Notes: generated from the sequence alone by a model not told the origin. A stretch of 64,000 nucleotides of DNA from Paludibacteraceae bacterium (GCA_024399575.1 JAKSNT010000001.1:9124-73123), one strand, 5' to 3'; positions 9,745-20,864 are shown, numbered from the stretch's first letter. Numbers and translations are program-made.

Positions 9745-10940
9745 AAGTATTAGTTTTGAATTGCGGAAGCTCGTCTATCAAGTACAAGCTTTTCGATATG
9801 GAAAATCAGAGCGTAATGGCTTCAGGCGGAGTTGAAAAACTCGGCCTGAAGGATTCGTTCCTGAAGATAAAGTTCAATGATGGCAGTAAGAAAATCATTG
9901 AAAAGTTTATGCATCAGCATACTGAGGGTGTACAGTTGATTCTTGAATCGCTCACAAATCCAGAATACGGATGTATTAAGAACCTTAACGAAATTGAGGC
10001 TGTAGGTCACCGTGTAGTGCATGGAGGTGAGACGTTTGATAGGTCAGTCATTGTGACACCTGAGGTGTTGAAGACTCTTGACAAGTGCAATGAACTTGCT
10101 CCATTGCACAATCCAGCCAATCTGATGGGAGTTGAGGCGATTGAAAATATTTTGCCAGGAATCCCGCAGGTACTGACTTTTGATACATCGTTCCACCAGA
10201 CCATGCCGGACTACGCTTATATGTATGCTTTACCATATCAGTATTACGAGAAGTATGGTGTTCGTCGTTATGGTTTCCACGGAACGAGTCATCGTTTTGT
10301 ATCGAAACGTGCATGTGAATTCCTCGGATTGGATGTCAACAATTCGAAGTTGATAACATGCCATCTCGGCGGTGGCGGTTCGGTAACTGCCATACTCAAT
10401 GGTAAATCGATTGACACTTCTATGGGTATGACTCCTACTGAGGGTTTGGTGATGGGAACGCGAGTTGGTGATGTTGATCCTGCAGTCATTCCTTTCCTTA
10501 TGGAAAAAGAGAATTTAGATATTGAGGCAACAAAGAAATTAATCCAGAAGCAGTCGGGTGTCGCAGGTGTTTCGTGTCTGTCGAGCGATATGCGCGATAT
10601 TGAGGACGGAATTGCTAAAGGCGATAAGAAGTCTATACTTACGATGGATATGTTCAATTATCGTCTGCTGAAATATATTGGAGCATATATGGCTGTTCTC
10701 GGAGGTGTAGATGCCATCATCTTCACTGGCGGTATTGGTGAACGTCAGCCTGAGACGCGTGAATATATCTGCGAGAAACTGGCATATCTTGGTGTAAAGT
10801 ATGACGCTAAACTAAACAATGAAGCTATGAGTATTGATGCCGAGTTGTCAACGCCGGATTCGAAAATCAAGGTTGCTGTTATCACGACTGACGAGGAGTT
10901 GACAATCGCTCGCGACACATACGAGTTGGTTCGAAAATAA
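9741..10940 (+). CDS. ackA: acetate kinase
   Basis: MKVLVLNCGSSSIKYKLF, GFHGTSH and FTGGIGE motifs. ATGA overlap with pta. Confidence 0.95.
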   Translation: MKVLVLNCGSSSIKYKLFDMENQSVMASGGVEKLGLKDSFLKIKFNDGSKKIIEKFMHQHTEGVQLILESLTNPEYGCIKNLNEIEAVGHRVVHGGETFDRSVIVTPEVLKTLDKCNELAPLHNPANLMGVEAIENILPGIPQVLTFDTSFHQTMPDYAYMYALPYQYYEKYGVRRYGFHGTSHRFVSKRACEFLGLDVNNSKLITCHLGGGGSVTAILNGKSIDTSMGMTPTEGLVMGTRVGDVDPAVIPFLMEKENLDIEATKKLIQKQSGVAGVSCLSSDMRDIEDGIAKGDKKSILTMDMFNYRLLKYIGAYMAVLGGVDAIIFTGGIGERQPETREYICEKLAYLGVKYDAKLNNEAMSIDAELSTPDSKIKVAVITTDEELTIARDTYELVRK

Positions 10941-10952
10941 AAAACTACAGAT

Positions 10953-11885
10953 ATGACAAAAGAGGAGTTGGTTTCTGAGATTAAACGTTTGAAGAGGGAG
11001 AAGAATGCTGTTATTCTTGCTCACTATTATCAGATAGGCGATATTCAGGATATTGCAGATGTTGTGGGCGACAGTCTTGCTTTGGCACAATGGGCTGCAA
11101 AGACCGATGCGAAGATGATAGTAATGTGTGGTGTCCATTTTATGGGCGAAACGGCAAAGATACTTTCGCCTGACAAGAAGGTTGTTGTGCCTGACTTGAA
11201 GGCAAGTTGTTCGTTGGCTGAAAGCTGTGATGCTGATGAATTTGGTCGTTTTGTTGCCGGACATCCTGATTATACTGTCATTTCGTATGTGAATACGACT
11301 GCTGCAGTCAAGGCTCATACGGACGTTGTGGTCACAAGTTCGAATGCACAGAAGATTGTTGACCAGTTCCCAAAGGATGCAAAACTTATTTTTGGTCCAG
11401 ACAGGAATCTCGGAAATTATATCAATTCCGTCACAGGGCGGCAAATGTTGCTTTGGAACGGTGCATGTCATGTCCATGAACAATTTTCAGTTTTGAGTCT
11501 TCGCGAATTGAAGACAAAGTATCCTGATGCAAAGGTGCTTGTTCATCCGGAGTGCAAAAAGGAGATAGCTGATATGGCAGATGTAGTCGGTTCGACACAG
11601 AGGTTGTTGAATTTCGCTACTGAGACTGACAATCAGCAATTTCTTGTTTGTACGGAGAGTGGCATCTTGCATGAAATGAAAAAGCGTTGTCCGCATAAGG
11701 AGTTTATTCCTGTACCTCCAGAAAACGACAAGACGGCATGTAATGAATGTAATTTCATGCGTATGAACACTCTGGAGAAGGTCTATCTTTGCATGCGAGA
11801 TGAACAGCCTGAAATTGTCGTCAATGATGAATTGCGCGAAAAAGCAGTGAAGCCTATTCAAAAGATGCTCGAAATGAGTAAATGA
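10953..11885 (+). CDS. nadA: quinolinate synthase
   Basis: AVILAHYYQ and VHFMGETAKIL motifs, conserved Cys ligands. 310 aa. Confidence 0.9.
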   Translation: MTKEELVSEIKRLKREKNAVILAHYYQIGDIQDIADVVGDSLALAQWAAKTDAKMIVMCGVHFMGETAKILSPDKKVVVPDLKASCSLAESCDADEFGRFVAGHPDYTVISYVNTTAAVKAHTDVVVTSSNAQKIVDQFPKDAKLIFGPDRNLGNYINSVTGRQMLLWNGACHVHEQFSVLSLRELKTKYPDAKVLVHPECKKEIADMADVVGSTQRLLNFATETDNQQFLVCTESGILHEMKKRCPHKEFIPVPPENDKTACNECNFMRMNTLEKVYLCMRDEQPEIVVNDELREKAVKPIQKMLEMSK

Positions 11886-12853
11886 TAATGCTCGTTGATA
11901 GAGAAATTGTTCTTGTTGATAACAACACTGAGGCATTGCTTCATCGTATAGGATTGGAAGCATTGCCTCGTGTGGTTATTGAATCGGGAGAGGAAAATAA
12001 GTCAATTTTGACGGTTTCATCAGTTTGGAAGCAGATGATGGAACTTGGAATGACAAGGCATTCCAGATTGATAAATGTGGGTGGAGGAATGGTGATGGAC
12101 CTTGGTGGTTTTGCCGCTTCCACTTATAAAAGAGGTATTTGTTTTGTAAATGTCCCGACCACTTTGCTTGCAATGGTGGACGCTTCGGTCGGAGGGAAGA
12201 ATGGTGTGAATTTTGGTGGAATAAAGAATGGGGTAGGAGTGTTTAGGGAGGCAGATGAGGTTAGAGTTTATCCAGAACTTTTGGAGACCTTGGACATAAA
12301 GGAGATACTATCTGGATATGCTGAAATGTTGAAACATGGTTTTGTCGGTGGTATGGATTTGCTTGACAGAACTTATAGTTATGATATTGAGAGGTTGGAT
12401 ATAAATGATTTGAAAGTTCTGATAAACGCGAATATAGATTTGAAACGCAGTATTGTGAGTGAGGATTTCAGCGAGCAAGGCAGACGTAAGGTGCTTAATT
12501 TTGGTCATACTGCGGGACATGCTTTTGAGGAGTTGGGTGTTGAGAAGGAGTTAGGTTTACGACATGGGTATTGTGTGGCATGGGGAATGGTGGTGGCGGC
12601 TTATATTTCGGTCGTTAAGTGCGGTTTGGAAAGAGGTGAATTGACAAGATTGCGAAGTTTTGTGCGTGAAATGTGGGGCGAACTGCCATTCGATTGTAGC
12701 CATTATGCGAGATTGTATGAAATAATGTGTGGGGACAAGAAGAATTGGGGTGGACGGGTTAATTTTACCCTTTTGCGGAAGATTGGAGATATGGTTACCG
12801 ATGTTGATGTTGAAAAGGAATTGATATTTGAAGCAATAGATTTTTTGAGATGA
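11882..12853 (+). CDS. aroB: 3-dehydroquinate synthase
   Basis: GGGMVMDLGGFAASTYKRGI, DASVGGKNGVN and FGHTAGHAFE motifs. Confidence 0.88.
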   Translation: MIMLVDREIVLVDNNTEALLHRIGLEALPRVVIESGEENKSILTVSSVWKQMMELGMTRHSRLINVGGGMVMDLGGFAASTYKRGICFVNVPTTLLAMVDASVGGKNGVNFGGIKNGVGVFREADEVRVYPELLETLDIKEILSGYAEMLKHGFVGGMDLLDRTYSYDIERLDINDLKVLINANIDLKRSIVSEDFSEQGRRKVLNFGHTAGHAFEELGVEKELGLRHGYCVAWGMVVAAYISVVKCGLERGELTRLRSFVREMWGELPFDCSHYARLYEIMCGDKKNWGGRVNFTLLRKIGDMVTDVDVEKELIFEAIDFLR

Positions 12854-13530
12854 AAGCAGCAATTATAGGTTATGGAAAGATGGGACACGTGGTCGAACAG
12901 ATGCTGAAATGCCGCGGTCATGAGGTGGTGTGTTGTATTGATATGGGTGAAGAGTCGAAATTTGAAAGTGAAGAGTTCAGAGGAGCTGATGTGGCTATTG
13001 AGTTCACCCAGCCTTCTTCGGCAATTGACAATTATCGTCGTGCGTGGAAAGAAGGTGTTAGGGTTGTCTCAGGAACGACTGGATGGACTTCGCATATTGA
13101 AGAGGTAAAAGAGGAGATGAGAAAGGTAGGTGGTTCATTGTTTTGGACTTCCAATTTCTCGATAGGGGTGAACATAATGATGGCTATCAACAGGCAGTTG
13201 GCACAGATAATGAATGGATATAAGGATTATGAAGTGTCGATGACTGAGGTGCACCATATACAGAAGAAAGATGCACCGAGCGGGACAGCTATTGTATTGG
13301 CTGATGGTATAGAGAAAGAACTTGGACGTCGTCCGGAGATAGAATCCATACGCGAAGGAATGGTTCCTGGAATACATGAGGTGCGGTATGATTCGCCTGT
13401 TGATGTCCTGACTATACGCCATGAGGCAAAGTCACGAGAGGGATTGGCTCTTGGGGCGGTTCTGGCTGCCGAATTCATGTGCGGTAAGAAAGCTGGTTTT
13501 TATGATATGAAAGATTTGATGAAATTATAA
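12850..13530 (+). CDS. dapB: 4-hydroxy-tetrahydrodipicolinate reductase (short form)
   Basis: MKAAIIGYGKMG Rossmann N-terminus and EVHHIQKKDAPSGTA motif. Confidence 0.88.
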   Translation: MKAAIIGYGKMGHVVEQMLKCRGHEVVCCIDMGEESKFESEEFRGADVAIEFTQPSSAIDNYRRAWKEGVRVVSGTTGWTSHIEEVKEEMRKVGGSLFWTSNFSIGVNIMMAINRQLAQIMNGYKDYEVSMTEVHHIQKKDAPSGTAIVLADGIEKELGRRPEIESIREGMVPGIHEVRYDSPVDVLTIRHEAKSREGLALGAVLAAEFMCGKKAGFYDMKDLMKL

Positions 13531-13532
13531 TT

Positions 13533-15044
13533 ATGGACTGGAAAGCAAGATTTCATGTGCCTGTCAGGCAGTGGGTAAAATTGGCTATATGGTCGGTTTT
13601 GTTCATATTGTTCATTGTTTGGGTTGGTAATTACTGGTGGTTGCTGCTTGAGGTGTTGATTTTCGATGTGTTCATTACTAAATTCATTCCGTGGACATGG
13701 TGGAAGAAATATAAAGACACCAATCATACTAAATATGTGATATGCAGTTGGATTGATGCAATAGTTTTCGCTTTGGTTGCTGTATATTTCATAAATCTTT
13801 ATGTTTTCCAGAATTATCAGATTCCATCGTCATCGTTGGAACAGACTTTGAGAGTCGGTGATTTCTTGATGGTCAGTAAATGTAGTTATGGTCCGCGAGT
13901 GCCAAATACTCCATTGTCCTTTCCTTTGGTACAGAACACTTTCCCTTGGGGAATGAAATCGTATATTGAGCACCCTCAATGGGAGTACAGACGCTTGAAG
14001 GGGTGGACGGACATAGAGTCGGGTGATATAGTGGTATTTAATTTCCCTGCTGGCGACACAGTCTTGAGTTGGACGCAGAATCCTGATTACTATAGTATGT
14101 GTCTGGAAGCTGCTGAACAGGTCGCTGGATATAAAGATTTCAAGGTTGACAGCGTTATGCCATACGACTATTTATTGAATCGTATGGCAGCTGGTAGAAA
14201 AGTTTTGCATGATATACAGGTCATGAATGGACTTGGCGAGAATATGTCAAGGCCAGTGGACAGGAGGGAGAATTTTGTGAAAAGGTGTGTCGGACTGCCA
14301 GGTCAGACGATTGAGATTAAAGATGATGTCTTGTATGTCGATGGCAAGAAATTCCCTATGCATAAAGGGATGCAACATAATTACTGTGTGCAGACAAATG
14401 GTCAAATATTCAATATGGAATCTTTGCATAAGGCTGGTGTCAGTACGACCGAGGTTCAATGTTATGATGGGAATGAGATGGATGGATATTTGAGAAGAAT
14501 CGGTATGACTCCTGCTGTTGATAGTACTACATGGGGACCAATTTATATATTTGCTATGACTGATGAAGTCAAGCGCAAAGTTGAAAGTATGCCTTTGGTG
14601 AAACAGGTGGTGAAGGAGCGTATTCTTGACGATTTTATCGGACGCTCAGCTATGTATCCTTTAGCGTATAGTTACAAATGGACGCGTTCGGATTATGGTC
14701 CGTTGTGGGTGCCTGCCAAAGGGGCTGTAATAGAATTGACCGAGGATAATATTTTGCGATATGGTCGTTGTATTACTGCGTTTGAGGGGAATAGCCTCGA
14801 GTGGAAAAATGGACATGCATATCTGAATGGAAAAGTGGCAAGTAACTATACTTTCAAGATGGATTACTATTTTATGATGGGTGATAACCGTCATAATTCT
14901 GCTGATTCGCGAATGTGGGGTTTCGTGCCTGAAGATCATATTGTTGGTCGTCCTGTATTTGTTTGGCTTTCGCTGGATAGGGATGTGGCATGGTTTAAGG
15001 GTAAGATTAGGTGGAATCGCATAGGACTTGACGCATCAAGATAG
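13533..15044 (+). CDS. lepB: signal peptidase I (long Bacteroidetes form)
   Basis: SSSLEQTLRVGDFLMVSK (Ser/Lys dyad region), VKRCVGLPG and GDNRHNSADSR boxes. Confidence 0.9.
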   Translation: MDWKARFHVPVRQWVKLAIWSVLFILFIVWVGNYWWLLLEVLIFDVFITKFIPWTWWKKYKDTNHTKYVICSWIDAIVFALVAVYFINLYVFQNYQIPSSSLEQTLRVGDFLMVSKCSYGPRVPNTPLSFPLVQNTFPWGMKSYIEHPQWEYRRLKGWTDIESGDIVVFNFPAGDTVLSWTQNPDYYSMCLEAAEQVAGYKDFKVDSVMPYDYLLNRMAAGRKVLHDIQVMNGLGENMSRPVDRRENFVKRCVGLPGQTIEIKDDVLYVDGKKFPMHKGMQHNYCVQTNGQIFNMESLHKAGVSTTEVQCYDGNEMDGYLRRIGMTPAVDSTTWGPIYIFAMTDEVKRKVESMPLVKQVVKERILDDFIGRSAMYPLAYSYKWTRSDYGPLWVPAKGAVIELTEDNILRYGRCITAFEGNSLEWKNGHAYLNGKVASNYTFKMDYYFMMGDNRHNSADSRMWGFVPEDHIVGRPVFVWLSLDRDVAWFKGKIRWNRIGLDASR

Positions 15045-15051
15045 AATTATT

Positions 15052-15747
15052 ATGGGTAAAATAATTGGAGTTTCTGGAAATTGGCTTGATGATGTCAGCG
15101 AGCATAGGTTGGTGAATTCGTATGTGAGGTGTATTTCTGAAAACGGAGGAACGCCAATTGTATTGCCTGTTACTGATAAAATCGAGATTATTCGTGAGTA
15201 TTGCAGTATGGTTGATGCGTTGTTGCTGACTGGTGGTGGTGATATCGATCCGAAATATTGGGGAGAGGAGTGGACTGAAATGAGCAACAAGCCGTCAGTC
15301 ATGCGCGATGTATTTGATATATCACTTACGAGAGAGGCTTACGGGTGTGGTATGAAGACTTTAGGTATTTGCAGGGGTATGCAGGCAATGGCAATAGTCA
15401 GTGGTGGAACAATATATCAGGATATTTACCATCAAGTGGGCAGAGATTGTCTCCTTGGACATTCGCAGAAGGCTGCCCGTTCGGAAACATCGCATAAAGT
15501 CATGATTGATTCTGACAGCATGCTGGCTGAAGTGATGGGCTGTACGGTGACAATGGTGAATACGTTTCATCATCAGGCGGTGAGGAGTGTTGGTGATGGT
15601 TGCAAAGTGACTGCTCTGGCGGAAGATGGCATCATCGAGGGTATTGAAATGGTGGAAAAGCCTATGATAGGAGTGCAATGGCATCCTGAGGAATTGTTTG
15701 AAGGGCATGAAGGGCATAGGCGTCTGTTTGAATGGTTGATTAAATAA
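15052..15747 (+). CDS. class I glutamine amidotransferase / peptidase C26 (gamma-glutamyl-GABA hydrolase-like)
   Basis: GICRGMQ (Cys nucleophile), FHHQAV and GVQWHPE motifs. Start trimmed from TTG 15028 to ATG 15052, just after the lepB stop. Confidence 0.8.
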   Translation: MGKIIGVSGNWLDDVSEHRLVNSYVRCISENGGTPIVLPVTDKIEIIREYCSMVDALLLTGGGDIDPKYWGEEWTEMSNKPSVMRDVFDISLTREAYGCGMKTLGICRGMQAMAIVSGGTIYQDIYHQVGRDCLLGHSQKAARSETSHKVMIDSDSMLAEVMGCTVTMVNTFHHQAVRSVGDGCKVTALAEDGIIEGIEMVEKPMIGVQWHPEELFEGHEGHRRLFEWLIK

Positions 15748-15760
15748 AATAACAAAGAAT

Positions 15761-16309
15761 ATGAGAAAATTGTTGCTTCTTTTTTCGTTTTTGGTATTGT
15801 TTGCCGGTATGGCAATGGCACAAACTCGTTTCATGGGTATTCAAATGGGAACTAAGTTTTCGTATTTCGAGCAGGAATTGAAGAAAAAGAATTTCGTTTT
15901 TGTTGAGAAATCGGAAGATGGGACTTTGACGTTCAAAGGCGAATTCTTCAAGGAGGAGGTGAAATTGTATGTCTATTTGTCAAGACGCGAGAAAAAGGTT
16001 TGGCGTGTGGCAATAAGGTTTATCGGGAAGGAATATGATAATTATACACCAAAAGGCTCGGTCGAGGAAGTTGCTATTCTCTATGGCGATTTGAAGAAGG
16101 GGTTGGAGGAAAAATACAATGTGGCAGTCAAGGTGGATGATGTAAACAAGAAATATGATTTGGTCTGGAGTCCTGACGATTCGACTAATATTGAGTTATA
16201 CATATTGTCGCAGAGTGTTGAAGAGTTGGAATATCAATGTGTAAATTTGATTTATACGGATATCGTAACGGCAAAGGAGAATGAATATTCAAAGTTTGAT
16301 GACTTATAG
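15761..16309 (+). CDS. secreted hypothetical protein
   Basis: Cleavable signal peptide (MRKLLLLFSFLVLFAGMAMAQ). Coding-like composition. No recognised motif. Confidence 0.6.
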   Translation: MRKLLLLFSFLVLFAGMAMAQTRFMGIQMGTKFSYFEQELKKKNFVFVEKSEDGTLTFKGEFFKEEVKLYVYLSRREKKVWRVAIRFIGKEYDNYTPKGSVEEVAILYGDLKKGLEEKYNVAVKVDDVNKKYDLVWSPDDSTNIELYILSQSVEELEYQCVNLIYTDIVTAKENEYSKFDDL

Positions 16310-16313
16310 TATT

Positions 16314-16760
16314 ATGAGAAAATTTATTTTGATATTGGTAATGGTTCTGTCAAGTGCATTCGCATTTTGTCAGGAGAGTATTGTCAAGAAATTGTCAGTC
16401 GAAAATGGGGAAGGTAATAAGGTTGTTGTACATCAGACCTCTGATACGCGCGATCTTGTACAATCTGCATCAGATGTGGCTATTGGTGCAGGAGTTACGG
16501 TTGATGGATTCAGATTACAGATTTTTTCTGGCAATAAGGGTTCTAAGTCCAGGAATATGGCATATAAGATAAAGGAAGATATAGAGAAGGTTGCAAATGA
16601 TGTTGATATTTATGTGCTTTATATGGTTCCATTCTGGCGCGTTCAGATTGGTAATTGCTTGACACGCAATGAGGCTAATGAACTGAAAACATCATTTTTA
16701 AGCAAGTTTCCAGAATATTCTAATGAAGCATATATAGTTCCAGTAAAAATACAGAAATAA
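16314..16760 (+). CDS. SPOR domain-containing protein
   Basis: Signal peptide, then a C-terminal SPOR-like region (GFRLQIFSG...VPFWRVQIGNCLTRNEANELK). Start trimmed to ATG 16314. Confidence 0.65.
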   Translation: MRKFILILVMVLSSAFAFCQESIVKKLSVENGEGNKVVVHQTSDTRDLVQSASDVAIGAGVTVDGFRLQIFSGNKGSKSRNMAYKIKEDIEKVANDVDIYVLYMVPFWRVQIGNCLTRNEANELKTSFLSKFPEYSNEAYIVPVKIQK

Positions 16761-17321
16761 ATGACTGAGATTGAGGCTCAACTCGCTGAGCATTATAAAG
16801 CGATTATTGAGTTGCTCGGGGAGAATCCTGGGCGTGAGGGATTGATTAAAAGTCCGGAGCGTGTTGCTAAAGCAATGCTTTATAACACCAAGGGGTATAA
16901 TGAGGATCCAGAGGCTATTTTGAAATCGGCAATGTTCCATGAGGATTATCATCAGATGGTGGTTGTGAAGAACATTGAGTTCTATTCGTTGTGCGAACAC
17001 CATTTGTTGCCTTTCTTTGGTAAGGTACATGTGGCATATATACCTAATCATCAGGTGACAGGGTTGAGTAAGATAGCGCGTGTGGTTGATGTCTTTGCCC
17101 GCCGATTGCAGATTCAGGAGAGGTTGACGCTTGAGATAAAGGATTGTATTCAAAAGACTTTGCAGCCATTGGGTGTAATGGTTGTCGTTGAGGCGCAACA
17201 CATGTGTATGCAGATGAGGGGAGTGCAGAAGCAGAATTCGGTGACAGTGACTTCTGATTTCACTGGTGCCTTTACTCGTCCCGAGACTCGCGCTGAATTT
17301 ATGAAACTGATTGAAGAGTAA
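16761..17321 (+). CDS. folE: GTP cyclohydrolase I
   Basis: [20 protein letters not shown] and HMCMQMRGV motifs. Confidence 0.95.
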   Translation: MTEIEAQLAEHYKAIIELLGENPGREGLIKSPERVAKAMLYNTKGYNEDPEAILKSAMFHEDYHQMVVVKNIEFYSLCEHHLLPFFGKVHVAYIPNHQVTGLSKIARVVDVFARRLQIQERLTLEIKDCIQKTLQPLGVMVVVEAQHMCMQMRGVQKQNSVTVTSDFTGAFTRPETRAEFMKLIEE

Positions 17322-17324
17322 GCT

Positions 17325-18788
17325 ATGAAGGTATCGCAGGGAATGGAAATAAAACAGGGGATGAAACTCAGTCCGCAAATGCTGGCTGAGTTGAAACTTT
17401 TGGAGTATCCTGTTGTGGCATTGGAGCAGAGGATAAGGGAGGAGATAGAATCAAACCCTGCTTTTGACGTAGATGAGTCAGTGTTGGAGAATAAATATGA
17501 AAGTGAGGAGCATCCAGATGATATGGAAGGAGAAAAAGATCCGATAGGTGATGATGAATCACGGGATTTTTCTCCTGATGATGATTATGACGATTGTGAG
17601 GGACATTTCAACAATCCAAAATACCGTGGAGATGATGACGACAGTTATCAGATTCAGATCCGTGATGAGATTAGCAAATCGGATTTTTTGCGACAGCAGT
17701 TGGATTATAAGGATTTGAATGCCAAACAGAAAAGATTGTGCCAATATATCATTGGCAGTCTGGACGATAGGGGATTCATAAATAGTGAAATAGAAAGAAT
17801 GGCAGATGATTATGCAATGGCAGAAGGTGAGTTAGTTGACGAGGATGAGATAAGGTTCGCCATTGATACTGTCAAGACGTTGGAACCTGCTGGAGTTGGA
17901 GCTCAAGGGTTGAAGGAGTGCTTTTTGTTGCAGTTGGAGAAATTGGAGGAGAATGAAGATGTGTTGTTGCTTAAACGTATTATCAACGAACATTTCAAGT
18001 CGCTCACCGAGTGTAATTTCGATGTTATTAAAAGCAGACTGGGAGTTGATGATGATATGTTGAAGTCGGCTTTGAAGGTTATGCGGAAGTTGAATCCTTC
18101 GCCGTTAGGGTCGTTCTCAGATTCTGCTCAGGTATTGAAAAGAACCATTTCACCGGATTTCCTGATTGAAGAGAACGATGGAGAGATTGTTGTTTCGCTG
18201 AACGATGGGAATATTCCTGCAATGAAGGTGAGCGAGCAGTATCAGAAGATGGCAAATGGGCAGATGTCGAGAGTGGACAGGCAGACCGTAAGATTTGCTC
18301 AGGAGTATGTAGGCAAGGCTGATTGGTTCATTGGTGCGATAGCTCAAAGGCAACGTACGCTTATGACAATCATGGTGGCGATTGCTGAATTCCAGAAAGA
18401 TTATTTCCTTACAGGCGATTTCAGTAAACTGCGGCCAATGCATCTTAAAGACATAGAGGATGAGACTGGCTTGGATTCGAGTACGGTGTCAAGAGCAACA
18501 TCCAATAAGTATATGCAGACCAGTTATGGTATTATTCCGTTGAAATCGATGTTTTCTGATGTTGTGAGAACTGTTGATGGCGAGGATATGTCAAACAGAC
18601 AGATTAAGGAGATTCTGTTGGAAATAGTTGATGGGGAGGATAAGAACAATCCCTATTCTGATTCTGAATTGGCAAGGATTCTGACGGAACGAGGTATTGC
18701 TGTTGCAAGGAGGACGATTGCAAAATATCGTGAGCAGATGGGAATTCCAACTGGCCAGACAAGGAAGCTGGTAAAAAGGAATGAATGA
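17325..18788 (+). CDS. rpoN: RNA polymerase sigma-54 factor
   Basis: Acidic region II and C-terminal RpoN box ARRTIAKYREQMGIP. 487 aa. Confidence 0.92.
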   Translation: MKVSQGMEIKQGMKLSPQMLAELKLLEYPVVALEQRIREEIESNPAFDVDESVLENKYESEEHPDDMEGEKDPIGDDESRDFSPDDDYDDCEGHFNNPKYRGDDDDSYQIQIRDEISKSDFLRQQLDYKDLNAKQKRLCQYIIGSLDDRGFINSEIERMADDYAMAEGELVDEDEIRFAIDTVKTLEPAGVGAQGLKECFLLQLEKLEENEDVLLLKRIINEHFKSLTECNFDVIKSRLGVDDDMLKSALKVMRKLNPSPLGSFSDSAQVLKRTISPDFLIEENDGEIVVSLNDGNIPAMKVSEQYQKMANGQMSRVDRQTVRFAQEYVGKADWFIGAIAQRQRTLMTIMVAIAEFQKDYFLTGDFSKLRPMHLKDIEDETGLDSSTVSRATSNKYMQTSYGIIPLKSMFSDVVRTVDGEDMSNRQIKEILLEIVDGEDKNNPYSDSELARILTERGIAVARRTIAKYREQMGIPTGQTRKLVKRNE

Positions 18789-20215
18789 TGAGAAAATTGT
18801 TTGGAATATTGGTGATGGCTCTGCTGGCTGTACCGTTTGGGGTTGAGGCTCGGAACGGACATGCTGAATGGGGTTTAGTGGTTAAGGATTTGACAGGCAA
18901 ACGTGTGGTGGCTAATGAAAACGGGAGTGTAAAGATGACTCCTGCCTCTACCATGAAACTGTTCACGACCGCTACTGCCCTTGAGATTTTGGGCCCTGCA
19001 TATAGGATAGAGACAGGAATATGGACAGATGGGAAGATTGATGAAAGAGGTGTCTTGAATGGCAATCTTTACATTAAAGGGGGATTGGATCCGACAATCG
19101 AATCATCTGCTATTGGAAACTATGGTTTTTTTGACAGTGTTGCCGTAGCGTTGTATGGGTTGGGAATAAAGAAAGTCAATGGCGATATCATAGCTGACGG
19201 CAATATTATTTATGGTGACGAAGCCTCGCCTAAATGGGTGTTGGAGGATTTGGCAACATATTATGGTGTTGGGTGCTTTGGTTTGTCGGTTTACGACAAT
19301 GTTCAGAATGTAACGGTGAAGGCGGTTGATAAAAATGGTAAATTGTCGGTGAAGGCGCAATATCCTGGGGCTGAAATCAATGTCATAAACAAATTGAGGA
19401 TTGTCGGCAGCAGTGATGCTGTGGTATATACCTATTCAATACCTTATGGCAAAGAGGTTTTGCTCGAAGGCACATTGGGAGTGGGGGTTACAAAATATCT
19501 CAGATTGGCAATAACCAATCCTAATGAGGTTGTGGCAAAGACTCTGCTCAGTAAATTGGGTTCAAGGGGAATTGCGGTTGATGGTGATGCCAGGGAATCG
19601 AGGTGGACAAGTTACGAAGGTTGCAATAAATTGTATGCCTATTATTCTCCTTTCCTGTTGAATATCATTAAGGAGATAAATTTTAACAGTAACAATCATT
19701 ATGCCCAGCACATATTTCGGCTTTTGGGGACTCAGGTGCATACGAGGAATGCAACGTTGAAGGATTCGGAGAATGTCGTTAAGTCATATTGGAAGCGAAA
19801 AGGGATAAATATCGATGAAATGGCGATTTATGATGGGAATGGTTTGTCGCCAATGGATGCTTTGAGCCCAGAGGTGATGGTGAGTATGCTTGAATATATG
19901 TATCACAGCAAATCGGCATTTTCTTTCATGAGCTCGTTGCCTGAATGTGGGGTTGAAGGGACTGTCAAGGCTATTTTTAGAGGAAAGGATTTCTATGCGA
20001 GGGCGAAAAGCGGTTCTATGAGTGGAGTTCAGGCGTATGCGGGTTATGTCAATTATAAAAATCGTATATTTGCCTTTTGTGTGATTGTCAACGAGTTTGA
20101 TGAAGAACGTTCGAAGGTTAAGATGATGATAGAGCAAAGACTGATTAATGCGATAAAGGGTTATGAGGCTTCACTTCAAGGAGATAGACTCGACGTCAAC
20201 GTTTCTGAAGAATAA
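18785..20215 (+). CDS. dacB: D-alanyl-D-alanine carboxypeptidase/endopeptidase (PBP4, peptidase S13)
   Basis: Signal peptide, SxxK motif (ASTMKLFT), S13-like length and C-terminal KSGSMSGV motif. Confidence 0.85.
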   Translation: MMRKLFGILVMALLAVPFGVEARNGHAEWGLVVKDLTGKRVVANENGSVKMTPASTMKLFTTATALEILGPAYRIETGIWTDGKIDERGVLNGNLYIKGGLDPTIESSAIGNYGFFDSVAVALYGLGIKKVNGDIIADGNIIYGDEASPKWVLEDLATYYGVGCFGLSVYDNVQNVTVKAVDKNGKLSVKAQYPGAEINVINKLRIVGSSDAVVYTYSIPYGKEVLLEGTLGVGVTKYLRLAITNPNEVVAKTLLSKLGSRGIAVDGDARESRWTSYEGCNKLYAYYSPFLLNIIKEINFNSNNHYAQHIFRLLGTQVHTRNATLKDSENVVKSYWKRKGINIDEMAIYDGNGLSPMDALSPEVMVSMLEYMYHSKSAFSFMSSLPECGVEGTVKAIFRGKDFYARAKSGSMSGVQAYAGYVNYKNRIFAFCVIVNEFDEERSKVKMMIEQRLINAIKGYEASLQGDRLDVNVSEE

Positions 20216-20864
20216 TGTCTGTGAATTTGACCATGGTGATTTGGTATCCGCTGATTATCAGAATGCCGGTCATGGTCAGGTGGGTAATAGTTGGGAGAGT
20301 GAACAATATATGAATGCATTGTTCAGCTTGTTGATGAAACCGGAAAAAATTCCTGCTTGTGCAGGGTTCAGGATTACCGAAATTGTGACTCTCGGGATTT
20401 TGGATGCCTTGCCTGATTTCGATTTGAGGATAAAATGGCCAAACGACATATATGCTGGCGACAGGAAATTATGTGGTGTATTGATTGAGACGAGCATTCA
20501 GGCTGGACATATTGATAGGGCGATAATAGGGATAGGTCTTAATGTCAATCAGACTCGTTTTGTGTCGGATGCGCCAAATCCTGTGAGCCTTGCACAGTTG
20601 GCAGATTGCAGGTTTGACGTAAAGGAGGTTATGGAACGTGTGGTGGCGGCGATTCTTGAAAGATATGAAAGGGTGGTGGATTGTCATGGCGAGTATCTTT
20701 CGCATTTGTACAGACGTGCGGAATGGCATGAATTTGAGCGACCGAATGGAGAACGCTTTGAGGGCATGATAATCGATGTTGAGGACAATGGGCTTTTGGT
20801 GATGCGGATGCGCTCTGGTGAAATCGCGCATTTTGAGTTTAAATCATTAAAATACGTATTATGA
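20163..20864 (+). CDS. birA: biotin--[acetyl-CoA-carboxylase] ligase
   Basis: FKEIDSTSTFLK, GHGQVGNSWES and KWPNDIY motifs. 53-nt overlap with the dacB 3' end. Confidence 0.85.
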   Translation: MRLHFKEIDSTSTFLKNNVCEFDHGDLVSADYQNAGHGQVGNSWESEQYMNALFSLLMKPEKIPACAGFRITEIVTLGILDALPDFDLRIKWPNDIYAGDRKLCGVLIETSIQAGHIDRAIIGIGLNVNQTRFVSDAPNPVSLAQLADCRFDVKEVMERVVAAILERYERVVDCHGEYLSHLYRRAEWHEFERPNGERFEGMIIDVEDNGLLVMRMRSGEIAHFEFKSLKYVL